This document shows, piece by piece, positions 26,140 to 40,104 of a DNA stretch of 64,000 nucleotides. The notes under the pieces were generated by a model. It ran no database searches, had not been told where the DNA came from, and was given only the letters and a program-made list of their open reading frames with translations. The stretch spans positions 8,556,001 through 8,620,000 of the forward strand of contig OZ024752.1 of the NCBI GenBank assembly GCA_964016885.1. The letters run 5' to 3'. The stretch is from Eledone cirrhosa. Taxonomy: Eukaryota. The position numbers and the translations under genes were made by a program. How positions within the stretch are numbered: the stretch's first letter is position 1; every line of letters begins with the position of its first letter.

Positions 26140-29100
26140 TGGTGGATGAGACACAGGAGACACGAGATTTCGTGGGTGAGACACAGGAAACTTGCTGGGT
26201 GAGACACAGGAGATGTGAGACATAGCAGATATGTGAGATTTAGGAGAAATATCTGGATATATTTCATCTGGAGTTTGGTGGGTGAGACACAGTAGATCTG
26301 AGATTTGGTGGGGGAGACACAGTCGATGTGTGAGATTTGGTGTGTGAGACACAGTCGATGTGTGAGATTTGGTGGGTGAGACACAGTAGATGTGTGAGAT
26401 TTGGTGGGTGAGATACAGTCGATGTGTGAGAGAGACAGTCAATGTGTGAGATTTGGTGGGTGAGACAGTCGATGTGTGAGATTTGGTGGGTGAGACAGTC
26501 GATGTGTGAGATTTGGTGGGTGAGATACAGTCGATGTGTGAGACACAGTCGATGTGTGAGATTTGGTGGGTGAGATACAGTCGATGTGTGAGAGAGACAG
26601 TCGATGTGTGAGATTTGGTGGGTGAGACAGTCGATGTGCGAGATTTGGTGGGTGAGATACAGTCGATGTGTGAGATTTGGTGGGTGAGATACAGTCGATG
26701 TGTGAGACACAGTCGATGTGTGAGATTTGGTGGGTGAGACACAGTCGATGTGTGAGATTTGGTGGGTGAGACACAGTCGATGTGTGTGATTTGGTGGGTG
26801 AGATACAGTCGATGTGTGAGATTTGGTGGGTGAGACAGTCGATGTGTGAGATTTGGTGGGTGAGACAGTCGATGTGTGAGATTTGGTGGGCGAGACAGTC
26901 GATGTGTGAGATTTGGTGGGTGAGACAGTCAATGTGTGAGATTTGGTGGGTGAGATACAGTCGATGTGTGAGACACAGTCGATGTGCGAGATTTGGTGGG
27001 TGAGACACAGTCGATGTGTGAGATTTGGTGGGTGAGACACAGTCGATGTGAGATTTGGTGGGTGAGATACAGTAGATGTGTGAGATTTGGTGGGTGAGAT
27101 ACAGTCGATGTGTGAGAGAGACAGTCAATGTGTGAGATTTGGTGGGTGAGACAGTCGATGTGTGAGATTTGGTGGGTGAGACAGTCGATGTGTGAAATTT
27201 GGTGGGTGAGATACAGTCGATGTGTGAGACACAGTCGATGTGTGAGATTTGGTGGGTGAGATACAGTCGATGTGTGAGAGAGACAGTCGATGTGTGAGAT
27301 TTGGTGGGTGAGACAGTCGATGTGTGAGATTTGGTGGGTGAGATACAGTCGATGTGTGAGACACAGTCGATGTGTGAGATTTGGTGGGTGAGATACAGTC
27401 GATGTGTGAGACACAGTCGATGTGTGAGATTTGGTGGGTGAGACACAGTCGATGTGTGAGATTTGGTGGGTGAGATACAGTCGATGTGTGAGATTTGGTG
27501 GGTGAGACAGTCGATGTGTGAGATTTGGTGGGTGAGACAGTCGATGTGTGAGATTTGGTGGGTGAGACAGTCGATGTGTGAGATTTGGTGGGTGAGACAG
27601 TCAATGTGTGAGATTTGGTGGGTGAGATACAGTCGATGTGTGAGACACAGTCGATGTGTGAGATTTGGTGGGTGAGACACAGTCGATGTGTGAGATTTGG
27701 TGGGTGAGACACAGTCGATGTGTGAGATTTGGTGGGTGAGATACAGTCGATGTGTGAGATTTGGTGGGTGAGACACAGTCGATGTGTGAGATTTGGTGGG
27801 TGAGACACAGTCGATGTGTGAGATTTGGTGGGTGAGATACAGTCGATGTGTGAGATTTGGTGGGTGAGATACAGTCGATGTGTGAGACACAGTAGATGTG
27901 TGAGATTTGGTGGGTGAGATACAGTCGATGTGTGAGACAGTCGATGTGTGGGATTTGGTGGGTGAGATACAGTCGATGTGTGAGACACAGTCGATGTGTG
28001 AGATTTGGTGTGTGAGATACAGTCGATGTGTGAGACACAGTCGATGTGTGAGACACAGTCGATGTGTGAGATTTGGTGGGTGAGACACAGTCGATGTGTG
28101 AGATTTGGTGGGTGAGACACAGTCGATGTGTGTGATTTGGTGGGTGAGATACAGTCGATGTGTGAGATTTGGTGGGTGAGACAGTCGATGTGTGAGATTT
28201 GGTGGGTGAGACAGTCGATGTGTGAGATTTGGTGGGTGAGACAGTCGATGTGAGATTTGGTGGGTGAGACAGTCAATGTGTGAGATTTGGTGGGTGAGAT
28301 ACAGTCGATGTGTGAGACACAGTCGATGTGTGAGATTTGGTGGGTGAGACACAGTCGATGTGAGATATTTGGTGGGTGAGACACAGTCGATGTGTGAGAT
28401 TTGGTGGGTGAGACACAGTCGATGTGTGAGATTTGGTGGGTGAGATACAGTCGATGTGTGAGATTTGGTGGGTGAGATACAGTCGATGTGTGAGATTTGG
28501 TGGGTGAGACAGTCGATGTGTGAGATTTGGTGGGTGAGACAGTCGATGTGTGAGATTTGGTGGGTGAGATACAGTCGATGTGTGAGATTTGGTGGGTGAG
28601 ACACAGTCGATGTGTGAGATTTGGTGGGTGAGACAGTCGATGTGTGAGATTTGGTGGGTGAGACACAGTCGATGTGTGAGATTTGGTGGGTGAGATACAG
28701 TCGATGTGTGAGATTTGGTGGGTCAGATACAGTCGATGTGTGAGATTTGGTGGGTGAGACACAGTCGATGTGTGAGATTTGGTGGGTGAGATACAGTCGA
28801 TGTGTGAGATTTGGTGGGTGAGACAGTCGATGTGTGAAATTTGGTGGGTGAGACACAGTCAATGTGTGAGATTTGGTGGGTGAGATACAGTCGATGTGTG
28901 AGATTTGGTGGGTGAGACAGTCGATGTGTGAGATTTGGTGGGTGAGACACAGTCGATGTGTGAGATTTGGTGGGTGAGACACAGTCGATGTGTGAGATTT
29001 GGTGGGTGAGATACAGTCGATGTGTGAGATTTGGTGGGTGAGACACAGGAGACATGTGAGATTTGGTGGGTGAGATACAGTCGATGTGTGAGATTTGGTG

Positions 29101-30535
29101 GGTAGGATACAGTCGATGTGTGAGATTTGGTGGGTGAGACAGTCGATGTGTGAGATTTGGTGGGTGAGACACAGTCGATGTGTGAGATTTGGTGGGTGAG
29201 ATACAGTCGATGTGTGAGATTTGGTGGGTGAGATACAGTCGATGTGTGAGATTTGGTGGGTGAGACACAGGAGACATGTGAGATTTGGTGGGTGAGATAC
29301 AGTCGATGTGTGAGATTTGGTGGGTAGGATACAGTCGATGTGTGAGATTTGGTGGGTAGGATACAGTCGATGTGTGAGATTTGGTGGGTGAGACAGTCGA
29401 TGTGCGAGATTTGGTGGGTGAGACACAGTCGATGTGTGAGATTTGGTGGGTGAGACAGTCGATGTGTGAGATTTGGTGGGTGAGACACAGTCGATGTGTG
29501 AGATTTGGTGGGTGAGACACAGTCGATGTGTGAGATTTGGTGGGTGAGACACAGTCGATGTGTGAGATTTGGTGGGTGAGACACAGGAGACATGTGAGAT
29601 TTGGTGGGTGAGATACAGTCGATGTGTGAGATTTGGTGGGTGAGATACAGTCGATGTGTGAGATTTGGTGGGTGCGACACAGGAGACATGTGAGATTTGG
29701 TGGGCGAGATACAGTCGATGTGTGAGATTTGGTGGGTAGGATACAGTCGATGTGTGAGATTTGGTGGGTGAGACAGTCGATGTGAGATTTGGTGGGTGAG
29801 ACACTGTCGATGTGTGAGATTTGGTGGGTGAGATACAGTCGATGTGTGAGACACAGGAGACATGTGAGATTTGGTGGGTGAGATATAGTCGATGTGTGAG
29901 ATTTGGTGGGTAGGATACGGTCGATGTGTGAGATTTGGTGGGTGAGACAGTCGATGTGCGAGATTTGGTGCGTGAGACACAGTCGATGTGTGAGATTTGG
30001 TGGGTGAGACAGTCGATGTGTGAGATTTGGTGGGTGAGACACAGTCGATGTGTGAGATTTGGTGGGTGAGACACAGTCGATGTGTGAGATTTGGTGGGTG
30101 AGACACAGTCGATGTGTGAGATTTGGTGGGTGAGACACAGTCGATGTGTGAGATTTGGTGGGTGAGATACAGTCGATGTGTGAGATTTGGTGGGTGAGAC
30201 AGTCGATGTGTGAGATTTGGTGGGTGAGACACAGTCGATGTGTGAGATTTGGTGGGTGAGACACAGTCGATGTGTGAGATTTGGTGGGTGAGATACAGTC
30301 GATGTGTGAGATTTGGTGGGTAGGACACAGTCGATGTGTGAGATTTGGTGGGTGAGACACAGTCGATGTCTGAGATTTGGTGGGTGAGACACAGTCGATG
30401 TGTGAGATTTGGTGGGTGAGACAGTCGATGTGTGAGATTTGGTGGGTGAGACACAGTCGATGTGTGAGATTTGGTGGGTGAGATACAGTCGATGTGTGAG
30501 ATTTGGTGGGTGAGACACAGGAGACATGTGAGATC
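26140..30535 (+). repeat. TG-rich satellite with 32/30/18-bp unit variants (~4.4 kb)
   Basis: gatgtgtgagatttggtgggtgaga(y)acagtc, a 30-bp form ending gagacagtc, and an 18-bp form gatgtgtgagacacagtc. Confidence 0.97.
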
Positions 30536-31489
30536 ACATGGAAAAGAGAAACAACTTCCCATTGAAGATGGGTAGAAAGCAATGCTATAACAATAATAAT
30601 TAGAGAGAAGAGGATGTCTGAAGCAGCGGTATAGAGAGTTGTTGATTGGATGTTTGCCAGTCTTCTTTTAGATGGAAAATATGTCAGTGTGTAATTGTAC
30701 CACACCAGATATGTGAACAGTATTCTAATGCAGTTATTCCTTGAGTTTCAGAAGTCGGTCGACAGAAAACTATTCTCTCCCTTTAGCATTTAAACTGGCC
30801 ATATCTGGCCAGAATTCTCTCACCTCCTTCTGTTCAAACTGGTCCCCTCATACTTTATCTCACATAATATTGAATCTATGAGATTTTTATATTATTTATT
30901 TTGAGAATAATACCTTAACATAAGTATGAGTAGCCAATTATGGTCGGTTTGAACAGAAAGAGGTCAGGGAAATCTGGCTGGATATGCTGGTTTAAATGCT
31001 AAAGGGTTAAAGAATGTACTGAGTATGTTTTAACATGGTAGTAACAGTGGAGAGGCTACCAGTCATTGACTTCACCGAAGAGCCCTCATTAATCTACGGA
31101 GGAGGGGGGCATGGGTAAGTGGGATTGGGTGGGGAGATAAGTATTATGTTATTGGTATGGTGGCGATGTATTTATTATGAAATGGTGTTTTGAAACATTG
31201 TTATATTTGGAGAGGGTCATATTATAGGTATGGCAGGTGTGATAGAAATTGACCAAGTTGATGAGAGGGAGGGGGGGCAATGATCTCAGATAGGAGGGGA
31301 AGGGGTATAGTGATGTATACAGCTACTAAGGAGTTATGATTGGTCCTTTAGGGTTTAAAAGGAGTAGAGTTGTGGTTGGGTGTACAGTGATGTTAAAAAT
31401 AGTTACTGTGGGCAGGCAGGGAAGTGGTGAGGCACATGCCTGGGGCAAATCACATTTTATGTTGGTAGGCAGGTCTTCTCTAGTACAGC

Positions 31490-32460
31490 ATATCACCATT
31501 TCTGTCATTTGGTTCAGCTTCTTAAGGTCAACCTTTAATACTTCATCACATATCTTCCTAGGTCCCAGACACCGACATTTCTATACACTTCATACAGCTG
31601 TCATCTCCCATAGGCATTGCATGTCCATACCAGCGCAGTCTTCTCTCTTGCACACCACATTGAATTCCTCTTATGCCTAGTTTTTCTTTCAATTCAGTTA
31701 TGCTGCCATGTTCATGCACATTAAAATTACACACACATCCGAGCATACTCACATCATTTCTTTCTAATTTCTGCAATCAAGGCTCATGTCTCACTGCCAC
31801 GCAGCATTGCAGTTAACATACAATTTACCCTTTAACTCAGAGAGCGATGCCCTTTGTTGTTAGCAGAGGTACCAGTTCATTAAATTTCTTCTAGATTGCT
31901 TTTACTATGTCTATGACACATTCAGAGGATCGACCTCCATTGCTGATTAGGTCACCTAGGTAACAAAAGCTGTCAACAACCTCTAGAAAGCCTCCCTAGC
32001 AACTGAGGAAATCTACTTCACTGTGATTTTAGTGCTTACTTCTGTACACGTCACAAAGTCTAGCTTCTCCTTTAGCCAACCTGTAATCCCACTACAGATT
32101 ATAGTGTATAGCTTACACAATCTCTACCTGTTCTATTTCCTTCTTATTACGACTAGTCTTTGCTAAGTTTATTTTTAGGCCTTTTGATTCTAGGTTTTTC
32201 TTCCATGCCTGGAATTTTGCCTCTAAATTCCCCAGATTCAGCTTAAGGTTTAGTTCATCAGCACACAGGAGTTCCCATGAAGTATCCATCTGAAACTCCT
32301 CGGTTATGGCCTGATGACTGAACTCTGGTGCACCAAACCTCCCCACCTATAACGCATGCACTTGAATTTATTGTAAACTATCAGCTTGCTGGCTGCACCT
32401 CTATATACAGCTTACCATTCTTCTATATCTAGCTTCCTTAGTGCTCACCAGATTACAGAC
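31490..32460 (-). mobile_element. Decayed RTE-clade LINE (RT to 3' end)
   Basis: QAITEEF..WELLCADEL...LESKGLKINLAKT and LGIRGIQCGVQERRLRWYGH. Confidence 0.85.
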
Positions 32461-32964
32461 TGGGAGCGCCCACTTTGAGAGCCTCTGCTCTTGAACATGT
32501 CTTTTGCTCTTTTAACAGTTTCTACTACTGTGCCAGTCACTGGATATGACACCATCCTGTTCTACCTGATTAATTATACAGCTGACTAGCTTATAACCTA
32601 CCATGCCAGGTGTTTTTAGCATCTTGGCAACTATACTGGCTCATCCAGTTTCCTTCTTACCTTAATTACTTTGTCAACTTTTACAGATTAACACTCACCT
32701 GTGTTAATGCCACAAAACACTTTACACTTTGTAAGCTGGTTGATGATAGGAAGGACATTCAGCTGTATCTATCTAGGACAGGTAAAATTCCCGAGATCTA
32801 TGTATGAGTTCTCGCCATGTCCTGCGCCCCCCAGAGACCAGTGTCTGTCCTTAGGGCATCAATACATGTCATCCTCGGACTCCCTCTTCTAGTGTGTCCG
32901 TGTAGGGGCTCCCAGAGGACCACCGAGTGCAGTGTCAACTCTGTATATATGTATATTTCTATAT

Positions 32965-33190
32965 GTGGAGACGCATGGCCCTAGTGGTAAGGGTGTTGGA
33001 CTTATGATCCTAATGGTGTGGGTTCGACTCCTGTGCTGGGTTGTGTGTTGTGTTCTTGAGCAAAACACCTCATTTCACATTGCTCCAGTATACTCTGCTG
33101 AAAATTAGTACCAGCAATAGCTGAGGGTTTAACAGGGCGATGGACTGTCATCCAGTCCAAGGGGGAGGCTTGTACTCTCAGTCGCTTCAA
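32965..33190 (+). mobile_element. tRNA-derived SINE
   Basis: ggagacgcatggccctagtggtaaggg (A box) and ggttcgactcc (B box). Confidence 0.8.
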
Positions 33191-33249
33191 GTTCTCACTT
33201 CTTTCAAAAGTTATGATACATAAACATTTTGTATTGTTTTCTCATGAAA

Positions 33250-35560
33250 TCTCTATATTGCACATCAAGTTTACATAGATGTAATCACAGCATCTCAATG
33301 GAACTTTAGGTTTAGAAGAGATATTTAGATGATTTAAAACAAAATTATTATTGGAGTTCAGCTTTATTTTGGTAATAGTTGCATTTTATGTTGAGAAGTA
33401 CTGTTAAAATATAAGCTCATTATATGAAGATTTAAGAACATTTAACAAGTTCCAACTAGCCATTACTAAAGTGAGAAATTGTAGGAAGTGAAAAAAAATG
33501 AACAAATAGAAGAAGCCTTAACTAAGAAAGTTGGTATAATGCTGAAGCTAGATCCAGAACATCAACCATGAAAGGATAGAGAAAATAAAATAGTAAGTTG
33601 AAAATATAAGCTGATCTTGATCACTTAGTTTGTGAAATGAAGGGACTTCAACACACCCGCGCTTCAAATCATGGTCACTAATGTATTCAACCAAGGAATT
33701 TAGAGTGTCCAGGGGTACCGTGTGTCCAGGGGTACCGTGTGTATAGCCATGACTTTGAGAGAGGAATGTTGGCTTTGCTAGACCTTACTGTTGGAAAGTG
33801 ACTGGGTTGTGAAACTAAAACCCCTGTGGAAGAGTTAATGATGAATACTCAGGGCTAATACTTGTTAGAAAGGAACATAAGTCAAAGCACCTAATGTTAC
33901 GCAACCTTGAAAAGCTATATTCACAATTTAAGGTGGAATACCTAAATGTACAGATAGGCTTTTCAACATCTGTATAAGTCCAGTCTTTGGTGCACACACT
34001 ACATTAGTACCTATCAGCAAATGTGAAGTTTATGTTGCAGGCTTCAAATCTAGCGAAAACTCACCATGATTGATACCCTAACAGTAGTATTTGTATAATT
34101 TATCATTGGGGATCACTGAAAGCGCGGTCCCTGTCAGACGAGTTCTCTCATTTACCAATCCTTCTCCCACGCTACACTACATGTGGGCAATTACAAACTA
34201 TGGAGTACCTTCTAGTTTGCCCCAATCTTGAAGATTCATGTACACTTAACGACCTTGAAACCTTAACACCTCAGGCAAGGCAGTGTGTGCAACACTTGCA
34301 AAGGTGTGGTGTAGCGACACAAGAAGAAGATTTATCATTGAACATCTCGTCCTGGAGTATAAGTTGTTGAGACATATTTGAAAAATCACCATAAATTTGG
34401 AAATAAAAGTGATAATGAAGATGAAGAAAGCCAATGAGAAGACATCATATTCAAGCAATGGATAAGTACTGATAAAGTAGATTTAGTTTCACAACCATTA
34501 TCTACTTCAGTATATATATAGCACTAGACACCCTTACAGCTATTTCTTACATTGCCAAATCTCAAGCTAAATACTTATTCTTGAAAGAGAATTTAAGTGA
34601 AGCCCTTGAAGTTGTTGTCCTTGGTGATTTTAAAGAAAATTAAAATTTTATTGCGTAAGAAAGTCCATGGGTTGCATTGAAATAATCAGTCATGTACATT
34701 GCACCGTATTGCTATTTAATATAAACACGACACTGAACTTAAATCTAGTTCATGATGTATATTATCTTGAGCTTGTGTGTTTTGCTGGGAAAGTTATGTC
34801 TGAATTGGTTTTCTATACTTAAAGAGAATATTTTTGCATCAACAAAATTTATTACTTTTCAGCTGGCTATGTAGCTCAGTTAACATCTAATTTATGTCAC
34901 CACTTTGAAGAATTGGAATCGGTGCTTCTACAAAATAAATAACAGCGAAAACTAGTTTACAATGAGTATCATGTTATCAAATACTCCAAATGTTAGAAAT
35001 GTTCCAATTTTGCCAATAAAACATAAAAAAAAGAAAGTAGCATTGGCAAGGACTATAAATGCTATAAATGAGAGGAAAAGGAGAGGAAGAGCAAGGACTA
35101 TTAGGTAACGGAAGGGGAAAGGGAGAGGGTGACAGACTCTACAACCCACAGATAAAATGGCAAAGGCATTTCTGTGGATTATGGCCAACAACACCTGCTA
35201 CAACATCCACTCCACCTCACGGGGCACCTTCCTCAGACAGGATGCTGTTGTTCCAATGATATTAACTTCATGTTTGTAAACAAGGATGTCATGCAAAGTG
35301 TAAACAGTTATCTAAACTCTTCTACGTACCCAAAGTTTCCATCACTGTCAACCGCATTACAACTACAAGACTTTCCAAGGATATATGTCATGTACCCAAA
35401 CTAAAATTACAGGATATTCGTTGTGAGCCTTTATTATACACAGAATTGGAGTGATATCTGAAATTGATCACAAAGACCTGTTAATTCATGCAGTCTCTAT
35501 ACCTAAGCAATTCTTTCTCATGGCCAAGATATAAAGATATTTGTTGGATACCAATAACAA
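33250..35560 (+). mobile_element. Very old CR1/L2-like LINE relic
   Basis: Weak traces in the expected order: LALLDL (~33770), a decayed GVPQGS-like segment (~34110) and TTRLSKDICHVPKL...FYY...W (~35360-35450). Heavily frameshifted. Confidence 0.35.
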
Positions 35561-36194
35561 ATATCATTTCTACCATCACTTGTATTGGTCTCATCATTAC
35601 TCCATTTGGTGGTGGATTGGCAGTATCAGTAGAGGGTCGGACGCCATGCTTTGCACCAAAGAATTACGGCCCTTTATGGTCCGAGTTCAAATCCTGCCAC
35701 GGTTAACTTTGCCTTTCATCCTTACGGGGTCAATAAAATAAAGTACCAGTAATGTACTGGGATAATTGCTGGCCTTGAGCCAAAAGTAGAAATAATTATT
35801 ACTCCATTTGATCACTATTGAACACAATCTTTACCTTCAAACAATAATTTACCTTATTTTAACCCTTTAGATATTTTTGATAACATTTTTGTATTCCACA
35901 CACCACACTTGTGTTAGTTACCAAATTTTAATACGATTCAATACAAAGAACTAGTGATATTTTAAATTGATGTTTGTAAATATTCAAGATGTCCGCTGTG
36001 ACAGCCAGAATTAGGTGGTTTCTGGTGAAATTTCTGAAATATGATATCTTGGGAACAAAACCACATGCTATATCTTTAGAGTCAAATTTACAATTTTTCA
36101 TATCTTTATTGGCCAAATTTCATCAAATTACAATGAAATTGGCGTCAAACCCTATCCACACTGATGTGGAATAACCTGTGCTGAGAAGGACTCA

Positions 36195-37474
36195 TTCTCA
36201 GCACAGCTTTCTCTCCAATTGTGTTCCCTTGTCATCTGCTCTGCCAGTATAGTGATTTGAAGTCTGCTCTCACAACCTCTGCCATGTCCTTTCTTTGTTG
36301 TCCTCCACTGGGATTTCCTGGCATTTCTTCACTCATCAGTCATTATCCATACCAATACAGTCTTCTCTCCTGGACACCATCTCGGACTCCTCTTAAACCC
36401 AGCTTATCCCTCAGCTAGTCCCAGCTCTGCCTTTCTCTCATATTTACATTGCATATCCAACAAAACATGGTTGCTTCATTTCTCTCCAGTCTATGCTTGT
36501 CCTCGGCAATCACAGCCCATGGTTCAGTACCATGCAGTATCGCGCACCACACACAGGCATCAGCTTTCTTTTTGTATATAGGGAAACCTTTTGTTGTCAG
36601 TGGGTGCAGTTGTTTAAACATCTTCCATCCTATTCTAGCTATTATACTCTCGGCACACCCTCCTCCACTACTAATTAGGTCACCAAAGGAGCAGAAGCTA
36701 TCAACCACATCAATGGATCCTTCCTCTAACTGAAAAAGCACTCTTCCTCCTGTGCAAAGTTCTCCCTTCCTATGAGTCTACTCTACATCTTTTGGGTACC
36801 CAAGATTGACATTGTGTACATTGTATGGAGTTTATGCTTACTCCTTATCTGCATATTGAGCAAGGCCACTTCCCTGAGGGAATCTGGGTCCTGTCTTCTC
36901 TCCTACTCACAAGCACTTTAGTTTTGATTCCAAATTCAGTTTCCATAATCAAAATTTATTCTCTAACTCTTTTTTGGTTTCAGCTATAAGGACCAAATCT
37001 GCATAATGAAGTTCCCATGGGTGGCCCATTTTAAACTCTGCTGTTATGGCCTGGAGAACTATGATGAACAGCAGTGGGCTAAGAACTGAATCTTGAACTT
37101 CTACTTGTCTCTTGAATTCCTCACTAAACTCATTTCCTACTCTCACTTTACTGACAGCTCCTCTGTACATGGCTTGCACTGCTCTCACAAGCCATTCTTC
37201 TACATCTAATTTCCTTAAGGACCACCAGATAATAGATCAGGGTACTCTGTCAAAGGCCTTTTCTAGATCAATAAAAGCTAAATATAGTGGTTTATGTTTG
37301 ACTAAGGACTTCTCTTGTAGTTGCTTCACTAAGAAGAGGGCATCTGTAGTTCCAGGCATGAAATCAAACTGCATCTCATCTATTTTGACTCTTTTCCCAA
37401 TTAACTGCTCTAAAACTCATTCCGTCATTTTCATAACTTGGTCTATTAGCTTTATTCCTCTATAGTTGCTCCTT
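36195..37474 (-). mobile_element. Decayed 5'-truncated RTE LINE
   Basis: NYRGIKL, IDLEKAFDRVP, VLSPLLFIIVLQAITAEF..PWELHYADLV, VVDSFCSFGDLISSGGGC and ILHGTEPW motifs in the correct order. Confidence 0.9.
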
Positions 37475-38092
37475 ATATATATATAAGGAGCAACTATAGA
37501 GGAATAAAGCTAATATATATACGCACCATGTCAGCGTGGGATATAGGTGTTAAACGATGATGATGACAGCACACACAAATATATATTATATATACATAGA
37601 TATATACACAAACATACATATATACAAATATATATGGTGGCTGTGAACTCGTTTTCAAGTACGACCACTACTTTATATCCATGTAGGAGAACCCCTACCG
37701 ATGCGCTGAACGAGTGTAACGTTTTAGTCCAGCCAGCGACTTGAAAACTCTGGTACAAACACTACACTTGTGACACAGTGCTGGGCCCATGGTACCATGT
37801 AATGACAAGTGCAGAGAGATCTCCAGATATAAAGCAATGCCTGTGCCGTAAAGCTTTTATAGTGAGCAAAGGCACTGCACAAAGCCAGTCCCACTCTCTT
37901 AACCAAGATGATATTTACCAAAAAGAAGAACAAGTCAACATCATTGGATACCATCAGAGTTGCAGGTGTTATATCAGAGTTTTCCTTCTCCTAGAATTCT
38001 GCCTTGACAAAGGCTAAGGGGTCATCTCTCCCGGTGATTTTGGATGGCCATTGACTCTTAAGAGCTCCTTTGCCCTTTGACACACACACACA

Positions 38093-38143
<51 letters not shown>

Positions 38144-38523
38144 TACATATACTCACATATATATACACATATATACACACATATATATACATACACATAT
38201 ATACCCACATATTTATATACACACACATATATACCCACATATTTATATACACACATATATTATACATACACATATATACCCACATATTTATATACACACA
38301 TATATACATACATAACAGACATATATACATACATATTACTCAAAATGGCAGATTGAACACATGCTTTTTACATTCCTCCCTCTTCTCACTTTCACTCTAT
38401 CTCATCTTTTATTTCTCACTATCTTCTGATGAAGGACTAGTGTCAGAAACAAAGACTTTTCTTACTATATCAAGTATTAATTAAACTAATATATTTTTTC
38501 ATCGTACTGTGTTTCTCATATAT

Positions 38524-38566
<43 letters not shown>

Positions 38567-38959
38567 ATGATGACATATATATATATTATATATACACATA
38601 CATGCATATACCTGCTACCTAAGGTTTCAAAGCTTGCTCTAGCATAGTTCATAGAGACACTATATACATACTAGTGTTGTTTATCTTTCAGGCAGTCTCG
38701 ATACCACCATTTCCAAACCGTGCAGTCAATCTTGATCATTTATCTCTTTACCATTTACATTACTCTATATATACTATTATATTTTCACGATAAACACTTT
38801 ATCTCACATAATATAGAATCTATGAAATTTTGATATTATTTAATTTGCAAATAATGCCTTAACATCAGTATGAGCAGCTGGTTATGGCTGGTTTGAACAG
38901 AAAGGTGTGAGAATTCTGGCCAGATATGGTGGGTTTAAATGCTAAAGGGTTAAACACAA

Positions 38960-40030
38960 GGCATTCATATAGAGAAATCTGAGTAACAAGAAGCTGTTCA
39001 TTGATCTCATATTCCTGCAGAAACTTCCACAATAGATCCCATGGAACGCTGTCATATGACTTTTGGAGGGCTATGAAACGGGTATACACCTTTTGGCAAT
39101 ACTTCCACAATTTCTTGAAGACCTGCCGCAGTGTGAATATTTGGTAGGCTATGTTGCATCTAGGGCGAAAACCAGACTTTTCATATCTTGTCTCCCTTTT
39201 TGTAAATTGGGATTATCACTCCCGATTGTCATTGCTTAGGTGCCTTTCCAGAGATCCAGGTCACCTGACACACATGAGTCAGAGAATATGTTCTCTATTT
39301 AAGGCCTTTAACATCTTGGGCCGAATTTCATACTCCCCAGAAGCTTTGCCACACTTGAGCTCTTTTATAACTCTGGTAACCCCAACTCCCTAGAGGTAAG
39401 CAAATGCTCCTTGATGAACCGCATGTACAGGAGATGTTATTGAGACCAGGTTTAAGAGATCAGAAAAGTATTCTCTAAACAAGGAAGAACCCCAACCGCA
39501 TTCCTGATAGTAGTGGAAGAGGAAAACTTCTTAACACAAAGTTGGGGGCTGGTCTTCCAGAATACTTTATTAGCTGATGTAAAGTCAGTTTAACCCAGAA
39601 GTCCTCTCAAGTTTTAACTGTCTGTTGCAACTCCTCACACCTGCTTGTACCACAAGTGCGAGGAGCAGGACTTATTTCCCAGCCATGCTTTGAAGCCTCT
39701 TTCTTTGCACAGATGGCATCTTTAACCTCCTGACTGAACCAAAGAGTCCTCCTGCTTCCAGGCACCACACCAAGCCACTTTCACCGGCACCATTTAACAG
39801 CTGAAGCAGAAACTGCTGAGCTAAACAGTCTCTATACAGTTTCAACATCTTCAATTTGCTCAGTGAATTCTCTGAATTTAGATGCAGTTGTATCCACATG
39901 CCTGGTCCTGGAACTTACCAGCCAGTGCTTCCCACATTAAGCTGAGCAGGACCTGCCAGTTTTATGGGTGTTCTTGGCTTAAGGTAGTCTCAGGTTGCAG
40001 GTAACTAGATGGTGATCAGTTGATAGTTCA
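38960..40030 (-). mobile_element. Decayed LINE (RTE-like, second family)
   Basis: SGE.EIRPKMLKALN, QIFTLRQV, FIALQKSYDSVPWDLLWKFLQEY (RT domain) and a TDH.LV motif near 40020. Confidence 0.75.
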
Positions 40031-40064
40031 GCCCCTCTCTTATGAATTACAGCACAGGATTGAA

Positions 40065-40104
<40 letters not shown>

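Noticed and set aside
26439-30705. 1362-aa and overlapping His/Thr/Pro-rich ORFs
   Set aside because: All three minus frames are open because the unit lacks stops, and unit-length changes shift frame freely, so there is no coding constraint.
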